Below, piece after piece: positions 51,373-63,400 of a DNA stretch of 64,000 nucleotides. The stretch covers positions 124,001 through 188,000 of IMG/VR virus record IMGVR_UViG_3300045051_000720; one strand, 5' to 3'. Numbering within the stretch: position 1 is the stretch's first letter; every line of letters starts with the position of its first letter. The notes under the pieces were generated by a model that saw only the letters and a list, made by a program, of their open reading frames with translations, made no database searches and was not told the origin of the DNA. Made by a program: the position numbers and the translations under genes.

Positions 51373-51842
51373 GCGCAACAACCAAACTCTTCGGCGGCGG
51401 CGTTCCTACTCAACCCGAGGTTGAAAGCCTGATCAAACGATTTGGTGTTCCTGCGGTAGGGACATCGATTCTCTATGTCGATATTGCGGCTACCATTGGA
51501 CATCCTGTTCGTAGCAATCGCTATCTCGCTGTAGTATCAAGGTGGCGTAAACGTCTGTTCCAGCAGCATAATCTATTGCTGGACCCTATTCATGGTGAAT
51601 CCTATACGGTCTGTAACAACAGCCAACGTATTTCCCACAGCACTGGCAAGTACAAAAGCGGCCTTCGGCATATTCGACGTGCGTCCGAAGTAGCTGCTCG
51701 GACCGACACAGAAGGATTGCTTCCCGACGAGATGCGGGCTCGCGACCATATCGTCAAGACCGGTAATGCTTTGCAGCTAGCGGCGGCCACTGCCGCACGG
51801 CAACTCAAATATGTTGCGCCGGGGCTACCTCAGTCAACGTGA
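51369..51842 (+). CDS. Partner protein coupled to the RAMP-like gene, possible winged helix
   Basis: ATGA overlap; same atypical codon style; VGTSILY..IA..G..RY..VVSRWRKRL..L..G.SY. Confidence 0.65.
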   Translation: MSATTKLFGGGVPTQPEVESLIKRFGVPAVGTSILYVDIAATIGHPVRSNRYLAVVSRWRKRLFQQHNLLLDPIHGESYTVCNNSQRISHSTGKYKSGLRHIRRASEVAARTDTEGLLPDEMRARDHIVKTGNALQLAAATAARQLKYVAPGLPQST

Positions 51843-51864
51843 AGATGTCACGTACCGTTTTACC

Positions 51865-52302
51865 ATGACCATCGTTGACACCTCCACCCGCCTCCCCACC
51901 ACCCCCGGACCCTACGCGGTTCTGGTCAAACCCGCACAGGGCTACCACCGCGCCATTGAGACCGGCGTGAGCTGGGATGGGTCATGGAAAGGGACCGATG
52001 ATCCCGTCGTCGCGTGGGTTGACACCGCCGCGCGCGTTGCCGTTGTGCCTTCTCCGACTCAGGCGGTTGAACCCTCATCCTATTCCCTCACCCTCGTGGG
52101 CTTCGATCCTACCAGCAAGATCGGCGTGATCAAGCTCGTGCGCGAGCTGACGGGGCTCGGGTTGGCTGAATCCAAAGCGACGGTCGAGGCCCTTGCGATC
52201 AAACCCCTCATGATCAAGGAGAATGCTTCTCGCGCCGAGGTAACCGCACTGGACACCCGTCTGCGCGCGGCGGGTGGGGTGACCAAACTGGAGGCCGTAT
52301 GA
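51865..52302 (+). CDS. Ribosomal protein bL12 (L7/L12) C-terminal domain fused to a phage N-terminal domain
   Basis: YSLTLVG..KIGVIKLVRELTGLGLAESKATVE..P.MIKENASRAE..L.AAGG. Confidence 0.88.
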   Translation: MTIVDTSTRLPTTPGPYAVLVKPAQGYHRAIETGVSWDGSWKGTDDPVVAWVDTAARVAVVPSPTQAVEPSSYSLTLVGFDPTSKIGVIKLVRELTGLGLAESKATVEALAIKPLMIKENASRAEVTALDTRLRAAGGVTKLEAV

Positions 52303-53456
52303 CCGACCGACTCAAAGGCTGCACTGTGATCTTCGATCACGACATCCGCGTGGATGACGCCGAGGCCCTACTCAATGCTATACGCATGATCAAAGGTGTC
52401 CAATCGGTCGAACCCTCCATCAGCACGAGCGAGGATTGGATGGCCGCGCGCAAGGCGAAGACTGATATGATCAATGCCTTCCAGACGTGGCTCAACGAGC
52501 AGTGGGACAAGCGATGAACCGTTCCACTTTTCTCCGTACCATCCTCGCCGCCCCAGCCGCGCTGTGGGCTTTGACCCGTCCCACCCACGCGGTCGATTGG
52601 CGCAAGGAGGTAGACCCCAAGCTACCCCGCGTTCGCGCGGCGGTGTGCTATCAGCGGTTCTACACCAAACTGACCGAGCGTGTCGTCCCACTGCGCGGGC
52701 CTTACAGTGTGCCGCTCCGAACCCATTGGATTGTCGGAAGTACGGCCGAGGGTGACACCGACCGCTTCCGCCAGCTCGAACGGTTCGAGCGTGGCGAGTG
52801 GGTGGTCGAAGACTGTTGGCGCGAGCAGGGAAGAAAACGCATCAGGGGTTCGCTCCAACTGAACCGATGGTCCTACGTCTCTAATCGTGCGTCGTGGGCG
52901 CGGGACATCGTTGCTATCGCGCGGTGGTCAGAGTGGGAGACGACATGACCCACCCAACAGATCTCCGCGATACCGTCAGTTCCCGCATCCGCCGCACGGT
53001 CGCGGCCAAGGCTTACAACCGCATCCATGCGTTCAACGCGGGCCGCGCCGAACCCCTCACCGATGACGAAACCCACTGCTGGGCGGCGGGCTTCATTCAA
53101 GGCTACCTGCTGCGCCGCAACGAGCAGGCCAAGAAGAAGACGCGGTGAACCCCGTCCGTCAGCGGGTCGTTGAGAACCCAACCCTGATCGTGGACACCAC
53201 CACCGCCGCGATGGTGGCTTGGCTTCGCGCCGCCGGCTTCGTGGATGGCGATCTCAAGGACATCTCGGACCGCCCACCCGAGGGCGTGTACCTGCGTCGG
53301 GGCACCACCTACGTGTTTATCGCGACCTACGAAGGTCGCTTCTGCGAGGCCATCATCGAGCGACTAGACCAACCCAAACAGCCCAAGCGGAGGGTGGTTG
53401 GTACTGGGACGATTGCGCGATCGATGGACGAGCTGGTGGTGGTCATAGGGTCTTGA
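52299..53456 (+). other. Run of small hypothetical CDSs
   Basis: 52299-52517, 52514-52948, 52945-53148, 53145-53456. Confidence 0.7.
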
Positions 53457-53497
53457 CCCTACTTGACAACCGCGTTCAACTCGGGTAGGGTACCACG

Positions 53498-53962
53498 ATG
53501 TCATCCTGCACCTGTCAATCCTGCCAAGGAGCTTGTAAGCGCAAACCCGGCTGGTTCAAGCCCGGTGAGGTTGAAGCCGTGGCCGCGTTCATGGGGTTGA
53601 CGCTGCCCGAGCTGTTCGCCAAACACTTGGCGGCGGATTGGTGGGAGGATAGCGAACCTACCTTCGTGCTCTCTCCCGGCATCATCCGCTTTGGTGAGCC
53701 CCACGTGGGCACCGAGATGCCCGGCAACCCGCTGGGCCAGTGTGTGTTCTACAAGGATGGGCGCTGTTCCATCCATAAGGTCAAGCCTTTTGAGTGCCGG
53801 GCCTACCATCATGAGCTGACTCACGAACAGGTCAAAACCAACCATCGCGCGGCCTTCGAGGCTTGGGCCATGCCCGAGCACCAGAAGCAGATCGCGGACC
53901 TGTTGGGCCGCGAGCCGGTGGCTGAGTCGTACAGCATCTTTGACTCCTTCATGTGGCGATGA
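53498..53962 (+). CDS. YkgJ-like cysteine-cluster protein
   Basis: C.C..C..AC, CVFY..G.CSIH..KP..CR.Y; promoter TTGACA-17-TAGGGT at 53463-53491. Confidence 0.8.
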   Translation: MSSCTCQSCQGACKRKPGWFKPGEVEAVAAFMGLTLPELFAKHLAADWWEDSEPTFVLSPGIIRFGEPHVGTEMPGNPLGQCVFYKDGRCSIHKVKPFECRAYHHELTHEQVKTNHRAAFEAWAMPEHQKQIADLLGREPVAESYSIFDSFMWR

Positions 53963-56900
53963 AACCCGAACGCCGTCACAGTCGGTCCGAGTGCAAGAAG
54001 ATGGACCGCTTCCTCAAGGACCACGCGTGGGGTGGCTACTGGTACCGCCCGCACAAGCTGCGCAAGATCAGGTACACGGACGCCGACATCGCACTCCTGC
54101 TTGAGGCCCGCAATGCGGCGCAAGAGGCTGGTCGCCGTCGCATGGTGGCGCGCGGGTTGTGGCAGTACGCGCAAGCTGGTGAACTGACCCTCGAACAGGC
54201 CAAGCGGTGGGTGGCCGAGGGCAAGCGATTGCCTGACGAGGTGCTGAAGGAGCATGGGCTGGTCGGGCCTTCGTATTCATGAGCCTCGCCTCTCGCCAAC
54301 GTGAACTCGCCCGTCGTCTGTCCAATCCTCCGCGCAACCCTACTTCGTCCGAACGACGCCGTGGTGCTCCACCCCTCAAGCCCGAGGAGTGGGAACGGTT
54401 GCGGGCATGGCAGGTGGCCCAGCGCGCGGCTCTGTGCGGCCCATGGTTGCCGTGGCCGGATGGCGAGCTGATACCGATCCCCACACCCGATCTCTATCCC
54501 GACCCCCTATGACCACCCGTCTTCCGTGGCCAGAGGTCCAGCGCCTGTACGTGGGCCGCACCTTTCGGCGGCGCACGCCCCGGCAGGAGACTCGCTGGGT
54601 GACCGATGTCACGCTCCGCGGGGACGTGGTTTATCAGTTTGACCGGAACCGCTCATGGACCAAAATCGCGCCACAGGCTGAGTGGCTAGACTGGGTCGCC
54701 AAGGCCAAGGAGATCGCATGACCACACGACGCTCGTTCCTCGCTACCCTTGCCGCGCTGCCCGTGGCCGGGCTGGCTATCGCGCGAGCACTGGCCTCGCC
54801 ACTACCCCCACCTCCGGCTAGCACCATCACGCTATTCGGCTGCACCACGCGTGCGCAAGCCAAGCGGGCCGCGCTGTGGTACCGGCAGTGTGGCTGGAAG
54901 AGCAACCCGGCGTGGGTGATGTACAACCATCTGGTCGCGACACACGGCCCAGCCGCCGTGGACCACAAGTCCTTCGCCCGGCTGGCCGCGTACTGTGACG
55001 AACCCGTGAAGAAGATCTAGAGGAAGGACCTGTCTCATGACCAATTGGACTCCCTCAACCCACTGGGACCACGCCATCCCTACCTCCATTCCCGAGGTCA
55101 TTGCGCTGCTCGAACGGCGCATCGAGGTCCATGCCAAGTGGCTGGACTGGTTTGAGAACGGTCCTAGCGCCGAAACCGCCCGCGCGACAGAGGAGGGAGT
55201 TGGATGCGCTGCGTCGCAACGCGCGTATATCGCCCAGTATCGGGGCGCTATCGCGGCGCTTAGGGACAACACCCTATAGACACCGCGCGTTCGATCCGCT
55301 ACCGTCTCGCCATGACTCCACGCACCGACGCCCAAGTCTGCCGACTAACCAAGCCCCTGACCGGGTTTGCGTCCTATCCCGACACCACTGAGGTCGTGCC
55401 GGCAGAACTGGCTCGTGAACTGGAGCGGCGTTTGACCACCCTTGGCGGCATCCAAACCCTCTGCTCAGAAGCCGCCCGCGCGTTACGTCAGATCAAGGAC
55501 CTCGCCAATGTCAACGAGCACACGCGCCAGATGCTGGTCAGCATTGGCAACAACCTCAACGAAGCATCACGTCGATGAACCCCCTCTCCTACGACGATCT
55601 ACTCGCCGCCAACCGCGCGGCCAATGCTCTGATCTCCCAACAGGCCGATGAGATGGCCGCGCTCCAAGCTCGCCTAGACCAGATCGCCGCCGCCCTAAGC
55701 CACCCTGAGGCCACCCATGCCGAGGTGCTGGAGGACATCGCCATCCTCAGGCAGCTCATGTGCGCTGGGCGCGACCTAGAGGACACCGTAAAACGGTATC
55801 TCGAACGGCGCGACGCTGGCTACCCAAAGGTCGCTGAGGAGTACGTGCAGGGTATGCGGCGGGACGTGACCAAGTGGGAAGGGGTCAACCGCCGGGACCC
55901 AGCGTTCATCTCGTCATGAGTATCCGGCCTTCCCCTCTCGCTCTTGACATCGCGCGTCATTTGGTCGGTGAGTGGTCAATCGGCCTCGTGTGGCGTGACG
56001 ACGATAAGACCGACATTGGGTTCGCGACCGAAGAGGAGATCGCCGCCGCGATTGACACCATCCTCCTCCCCCGCCTCGCCGCGCACGCTGATGCCATCGA
56101 GGACGCCCTGAACGGGTCTGTCGATTCCCGCCCCTATCCTGACGGTCCCAATCTGGACCGCGACACCCGCGCCGCGCTGCGCAAGAGCCTTGAGGAGTTG
56201 AAACCATGACCCGTGCCGAACGCCGCGAACGCGCGCAACGCATCGTTGCCGACCTAAACGACAGCAGTGACGAGTGCCTGATGGCCCTAGACGACCTGCT
56301 CATCCTCGATCTGGAGGACGCCCTTGCCGCGCTGGTGTGGTCCTGTACTCCCACCCGCATCCCATCCGATGTCGGGTATCCCGGCGTCAAGGCTCCCGAT
56401 AAGAGAGTGCTCGAAACCGCGCGCCGCCTTCTGCCATGAACACCCCCGACCTTCCCGATGACATCAGAGACGCCATCGACCGCGCCGCGCGTGCGGTTCG
56501 CCGCCGTCATCAACACCGCGCCGGCTATCTGGTTGACAAGGATGGTCCCTTCGTAGCCGAGCCTTCGCTCGACGACTTCGCCGAGGACATCGCCGACCAG
56601 CTCGTGATCCCACTGGCCCGGCGAGACGCGCAGGTTGAGGCTTTGCTCGCTGCCATCGAGGAGGCTATCTCGTTGAACGACAACGGGATGAGCGCGCTGG
56701 CGTGGGAGCGGCTGCGCAGTGCCATCACCACTTTGACATGAAGACCCGTTCCCGCAAAGCCCACGCACGGTTCAACGCCTCGCTGGGGATCAAGCCTCGA
56801 TTTGAAGGACTCCCGCCCGCCAAGGAGATGGGCCTCAAGCACGAGGAGTGGGTCGCGCTGATTCACATTCGCAAACTTTACGGTGAGGTCCGTGATGGGT

Positions 56901-57040
56901 TGAACTACCTCACCATTGACCAGTGCGAGGCCAAGCTCGCGGAGGCCGAGTCGTGTCTCAGACTCCATTTTCCTGATTGGACCAGTCAACGTCTAGTCCA
57001 GATGTCCCAAGAGGACCTTTACGAGAGCGCGGCTGGGTGA
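53959..57040 (+). other. Run of small hypothetical CDSs
   Basis: 53959-54282, 54279-54512, 54509-54721, 54718-55020, 55037-55279, 55312-55578, 55575-55919, 55916-56209, 56206-56439, 56436-56741, 56738-57040. Confidence 0.72.
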
Positions 57041-57106
57041 TATTCCCCAGCCATATGAGGGACACACCCTATGGTGTTCCACCGCCGGTCTGCTATACTA
57101 GACACC

Positions 57107-60100
57107 GTGAATACACCTATCCTCTCAGTTACCTTGACCGCCGCGCAGGGCCGCACCCTGCTTGCCTCTCTTCCCGAGGCCCCCGAAGGCTTGACCTACA
57201 TCTGCATCGGCCCCAACGTCTGGGGCTCCGCCAAGGTGGCGTCGAGCGCCGCGAAACGAGCGCGCGAGGAGGGTGGTGGCAAGGGACCCTACATCATCCA
57301 TCTGGTCAACGGGGGTGCCGAGGTTGACTGCGTGAGCGGCAACCTCTACTACGCCAAGAGCACGACTGGCCTTCAACTCGGCATCGCCCGATTCAAGCAA
57401 TGAACCAACCTGTCGCCAATCCCGGCTATGACGGCACCGTCAAGGTGCTGCGCGAGGCTGGGTACCACTGCACCCGCCAGTTCCGCTGTTCCGACTCCAT
57501 GCGGAAGGGCTACATCCCCTGCGAGGAGCTGATGGAGGTCTGGCTGGGACCCAAGGGCGTCCTCATCGTGCAGAAGTGGACCAAGGGTTGCGGCGCGCAG
57601 GTCTACCTTGGCTGGGGTGCTGGTCAGACCTTTGACGAGCTGAAGGCGGCGTTATGACCAAGACCGACCGATTCGCCAAGGCGCTCCTCGAAAACGGCTT
57701 TCGTGAGTACCGCCAAGACGGTAAACGTGCGTTCGAGCGTAGCGGTAACCGTCGTCACGCGAGCTTTACCCTGCTAGGCAACGGGTGGGTTCATGTGTAC
57801 ACGCGCGAGTTCCCTGCCCGGGAGGGATGGGCCATATACAACTGCCGCGTCAGTGAGGCGCGCAAACTGATTGGATGGGTATGAGCACCACCAAACGCCC
57901 CCGCGCCACGAAGCGTGTCCGCACGACGCTCGACGTACTCCATCGCCGTCGCTACGATCTGTTTGCCTTGACTACCGAGGAAAATGCCAAACTGCGCCAC
58001 GCCCTCCAGCTCCACATCGATTTTCTTGACTCCCTGCCTCGGGGTTGGCTGGGTCGCACGGTCGCGGACATCGGCCTCCTCAACGACGCCTACCTTGCCT
58101 CGCGTGCGGTGGGTGTGGTCAGCCGGAAGGAACGATGAGCACGCTACTCAAGCGCAAGGTCACTCGCATCACGCAGTCTTCACTCGACGGCTGCTTTGGT
58201 CCCGACCGGGGTCGGCGTATCGCCATTACTCTGGTCCCCGGCACGGATGTCATCCCCGATCTCATCGTCCTCCGTCCCCACGGCACGCGCCGGCCCGAGT
58301 CAATCGCGGCCATCGATTGCTATGCGTACGCGATGAGGTGTCGCGTTTCCAAAGCCCAGCGCGACAAAGCCCTCGCCAAGGCCCAAGCAATCAAGGCCCG
58401 CAAGGACGCGGCGAAGCGCGAGCGTGAGCTGGCGCGGGCGGTACGGAGGGAGCAATCATGAACCGCGAGCGTATCGACCTCTGCGCCGTCTGCGTCCCGG
58501 TCATCAAGGACCGCTTCATGCACGCGGCTGACCTATTCGAGCCCTTCAAGGTGCTCATCGAGGAGCCCATCCACATCTCGGGCTACATTGCCGAGGGCAA
58601 CGATACCGCGTCCTGCATCACCAAGACCCGTGCCGCGCTAGAGAAGACCGGCGACTATCGGGTCATCGCCATCTGGTGCTTGCAGCATCCAGAGGGAGCC
58701 TATCGTGACGAGACGGTCAAGGTGGTCAGCACCGGTCACGGCTGGTGTCTATTCCACGAGCTGTTGGAGCGGTATCAGTATCCGGTTGAGGTCTCTCCCC
58801 TATAGACATCCCCATCCAACTCGTCTATCCTCCCACCATGAACACCTTCGTCATGCTTTCCGACTGCGTGGACCCCAGCGACCCCCAAGGTCGCACCTAT
58901 CGCGAGATCAACGCCGCGAAGACACACGGCATCCCCATTGGCGCGCTTGTCGAGATCGGTCATCTCGACTATCCCTCCCCGATGGACGGCGCGCGGCTGT
59001 TTGTTGTCGCGCATAACCGTGATTGTGACGGCACTCCCCTGTATGCCCTCTGCGCGGACCCCGAGGACACAATCGTCCAGCGTAAGGGATTCGCCAACGA
59101 CAAATGGCATCATGGGTACAGCGAGGACAGTCTGACGGTTATCCGACCATGACCCACCCCCTCACCAACGCTCCTCTCTTCCGCGGCGAGCTGATCAACG
59201 GCGAACCCGCGCGGTTCTACGTGTGGGAGCCACTAGGCAACGCCCAAGAGGTCTGCCACCGATTCGATGACGAGTGCCTAGCCACGCAATGTGCGGTGAG
59301 ACTCGGCACGACAGTGGAGGTCGAATGAGCCACACCCGCCGCGATCATCCTCCCGCCGCCGGCCTTCACGGCGACTCCGTGATGGACGAACCCCACAAGG
59401 GCATCTGGCACCGCCAAGACCACCACTACGGCGACCAGCGCAAGATGCGCGCCAAGGCCAAGGTGGCGATTCGGCGGCGTGACCGCAAGCGGTTGGGCAA
59501 GCCGACTGAGGAGTCGGGGGTGATCGAACCGGTGGCCAAGCGCACGCGATTCGGGTCCATCAAATGAGCTTTATCCGTTGCCTGTCCAACCCCGAGGGTC
59601 TGTACGTTTACCATGACGTATGCGGCTTCATCTCCGTCCACGGGCCTGTCAATACCCGAATCGGGTTGCGCGACTGGGGTACCCTCAAGCGAATCTACCG
59701 CGCTAACCGCATTGCCGACATGGATGGCAAACGCCTCAAGGTCACCCACGACGTGACCGTGAACCAGCGCGGGCGAGAGGTAGACAGGAGCAAGTGGTCT
59801 CTTCGGCGCCGCGTGTCCGGCCCGCGCTGTGACCTCAAGGTCCGCATCGCCATCTTGCACAGGCGCACGTGGCACCGATTCTACCTCTGGGAGGTCACCT
59901 ATCGCTACCTGATGGACAACGCCATCGCGCAGGACGATTGGGCACGTGACAAGCGCATGGTACGCATATGATCCTCTCCATCAGCGCGCCGTTCTGGCAG
60001 GTCGAGAAGTGGACCCACTCATGGCGCCATCGCGTGTGCCTCATTGAAGGCTTGACCTGCATCCAAGGCCAGACCCACTACAACGGGAGCACCCCTACCG

Positions 60101-60396
60101 CCATTGTGGTCGATGCCACCATCGCGCCGATTGTGCTGCGCCTGAACGAGCTGGGCCACACGACCCAGTTCTCATGCAGTGGGCTGAAGGAGGATCATGA
60201 CGATCCCCGCTGGGGGCACTTCGACGGGACGCATTGGGCCTATCTGGCGTTTGACCAGTGTGATCCCACTCTCGCGCCGCGCGGGGTGGTGGTCCAAGAC
60301 ACCCACCATGTCCATTGGACCTTCAGCCGTCAACTCACCCATCTCCGCACGCAATGGGAAGAGCTGGCGGCGCGGTTGGGAGTGGAGCTGTTGTAG
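57107..60396 (+). other. Run of small hypothetical CDSs
   Basis: 57107-57403, 57400-57657, 57654-57884, 57881-58138, 58135-58461, 58458-58805, 58838-59152 (promoter TAGACA-17-TATCCT at 58803-58831), 59149-59328, 59325-59567, 59564-59971, 59968-60396. Confidence 0.72.
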
Positions 60397-60445
60397 GGTA
60401 AACACCCTGCTTGACGGGCCACCCATCATCGAGTAACCTACCACC

Positions 60446-63400
60446 ATGCGCTATCACTATCTCCTCACTCTCTCCACCTTCTGCCTTGGCTGGGCCGCGA
60501 TCGATGTAGTCAAGGGAACCATCAAGACATCGACCCATGGGTTCACCCTCGCCGCGCTGGCGCTGGTTGTGATCTATCTGGCGATCAAGGAGGCTCGTTC
60601 ATGAAAGCCATCGGCTATATCACCGTCACCATCCTCGCCATCGTCCTCTCCACCATCTGGGGCGGCTATATCCTCTCGATCCTGTGGTCGTGGTTCATGG
60701 TCAAGGCATTCGCCCTGCCCGTACTCACCACCGGCCAAGCGATTGGCGTCTCGCTGGTTGTCGGTTACTTCCATCGGGGACTGGCTACCACCAAGACCAA
60801 GGAGGAAGACTCGTTTGGTGAAACGCTTGCCCGTTCGGCGGCGATGGGGTTCGTGTTTCCCTTGGTGTTCCTCGCGATTGGGTGGGTTGTTCATGTCTGC
60901 GTTGGTTGACCCATGACACCTACCTACCTCGTCTGGGTCAAAGGCCCTCGCGGAACCAAGCTGCTCCCCATCCAAGCGGGCGACCGCATCTCTTGCCGCC
61001 GCACCGTCAAGCCGCGCAATGTGCTCGGGACGGTGTTGGAGGTCAAGGGTGGTCTCCGCGTCGAACTGGACCCCTACGACAGCAACGAGGTCAGTCTGCC
61101 GGGTGGCGAGATGACCCTCCGCCCGCGCTGGTTGGTGGGCGCATGGCGCGATGGGATTCACCTTCACGATCTGCCCGAGAACGCCTCGCGATGACCGATC
61201 AACCCTCACCCCTCGCCATCAAGCTGGCCGCGCGTTTCCATCCCAAGGGACCAGACGCCGCCGCGCAGGTCCAATCCGTCCTCGACTCCCACCAGTGCGA
61301 CGAATGGGAGCGCAAGCGCGCTGAGAACGCGCGCCAACCCCGATTCGCTGACAACATCTGGGTCAAACGCGCCCGCGCGCCGTCCTATGTCGCGGAGTGG
61401 CTCACCCTCTCTCTGGCTCCCGCAGAGGACGATCACCCCTATCGGGTTCAGCTCCGGCGGTATTGCACGCCGGGCCGCATTGCGACCTACTCGTTTGACA
61501 TGCAGATTGCCGCGTGCGCGGGCGTAGGTCCGCGGTTCCGGTACTATAGCGAGCCGTGGTGCCCCATCGCCAAGGCCATCCAGATGGCGCAGGTTGATCT
61601 CGACAGGCCACAGGTGGTCGCACTGTGCGTGAAGGCGTTCGAGGTTGAGTGCATCGTCCGTGCCTACGGGCACGAGTTTATCTGGCTGCTTGACATCCTC
61701 GCGCCGAAATCGCGCACCTACCGCGCGGTCAAGCGGGTATGCGACCAGACCATGGAGGCGCGAGCGACGCGTCTCAAAACCTCGAAACCATGAAACCCCG
61801 CCTCTACATTGCCTTCGGCTATCACCTGTCCTGCATCGCGGACGAGCACCGCTCGGCCAACGGCTCTTGTCAGGTCAGCGTGGCCGCGCTGGTGCCGACC
61901 AAGAAACGGTTCGCGGAGCTGCTGTGTGAGATGGGCCGTGGGAACGTAACCCCGCGCGACGTGAACAGCACCCTGCGTACCCTCAACACCTACTGCCTCG
62001 TACAGGTAGCGCACGAACACATGGCTGTGTACCCCACCGTGACCGCGGCGGTAGTGAAGGTCAACACCCTCTACTATAGCCCGGACGGCCACTGCATGGA
62101 GGGGTACGTAAAGGAATGGTTTGAGGTCACGTCTCGGTCATGAACACCGAGCCCCTATCCACTTTCCTGCGTTCCGCCATCGCATTGCTCGACAGCGTGA
62201 CCGGACAGACGCGCATCCAGCGTTTTCTCTACCTCCGTTACGACCTGCTTAACCTCCACTATCCCCATGAGCCGTTCGGCGTCGATCAGGGCACTCCTGA
62301 CGTGTTCGCCGAGATGCTGTCCTATGTCACAGGCGCGCAACCTATTCCCGAGCGCAAGCCCGGGTCGGATGCCCAAACGGACCAGACCTATTGGCGACGC
62401 TACCGTGACTGGCTGCGGCAGTATGTCGTGAGGTAGATTCCCTATTGCGCCCCGCCACAGACCTGCTACCATCCCCCGTGACATGAAGCGCCTGCCCTAC
62501 ATCAACCCGTGCTTCCGCAAGCACCTTGACGGGACATGGAGCTGGCGCGCGGTTGTGTTCGCCAGTACGCCCCCTAACGCATACCAACGTCGCCACGGGT
62601 TCATGCAGATGGCCCATTGCACACTCGAAATGGCCACCTCGCCTCAGCCCACTCTTGAGGAGGCCGAAGCCGATCTAAAGGCCGCGCTCAAGGTGCTTGG
62701 GCTCTCTCGCGCCAAGTCCTCGCCACGCTCATGAACCACCTCCTCTTCACCATCTCTGTGCCCACCCGCGCGCGCAAGCCCGAGATCATTGACCGCGAAT
62801 GGGAACGCATCAAGCGCCGGCTTGAGCGAGCAGCGACCCGATCTAAGGACCCCGAGCGGCGCGCTGTGGTGACGCCTGTGGTTCAACACCTCTCATGACT
62901 GACCTCACCCCCCTATCCGACGAGCTGAGCGACCTCGACACCATCGACGAGACCGCCATCCGCTGGCTCCTCGATCTCAAGGACATCGGCGAGCGCGCCT
63001 CATCGCGGCTGTTTGAGCGTTGTGCCTCTATCCTATCCGTCGCGCGGCAGTGTCGGGACACCCATCTGTACATCCCCTTCCACAAGGCTTATCATCGTAC
63101 CCATGAGGCTTTAGTCGGCACACTATTCGAGGGCCATGGTTCCATCGACACCTTCGAGGTCTATACCGAGAGGGTCACTCTCAACACCATCTCGTACGGA
63201 CGGCACGGTGACGGCGATGAACATTGGAAGCTCTCCTTTCCCATCGCGTGGCTGTGGATGTCATATGACGACGTGAAGCTGCTGTGCAACGCCGAGCTGG
63301 ATGTGTTGGCGACCAAAGAGTGCCGCAAAGAGGACGTTGTCAAGGCCATCCGCGAAGCCGCCGAGCGCGCCAAGCTGGTGGAGTTGCGTGCCAAATACCC

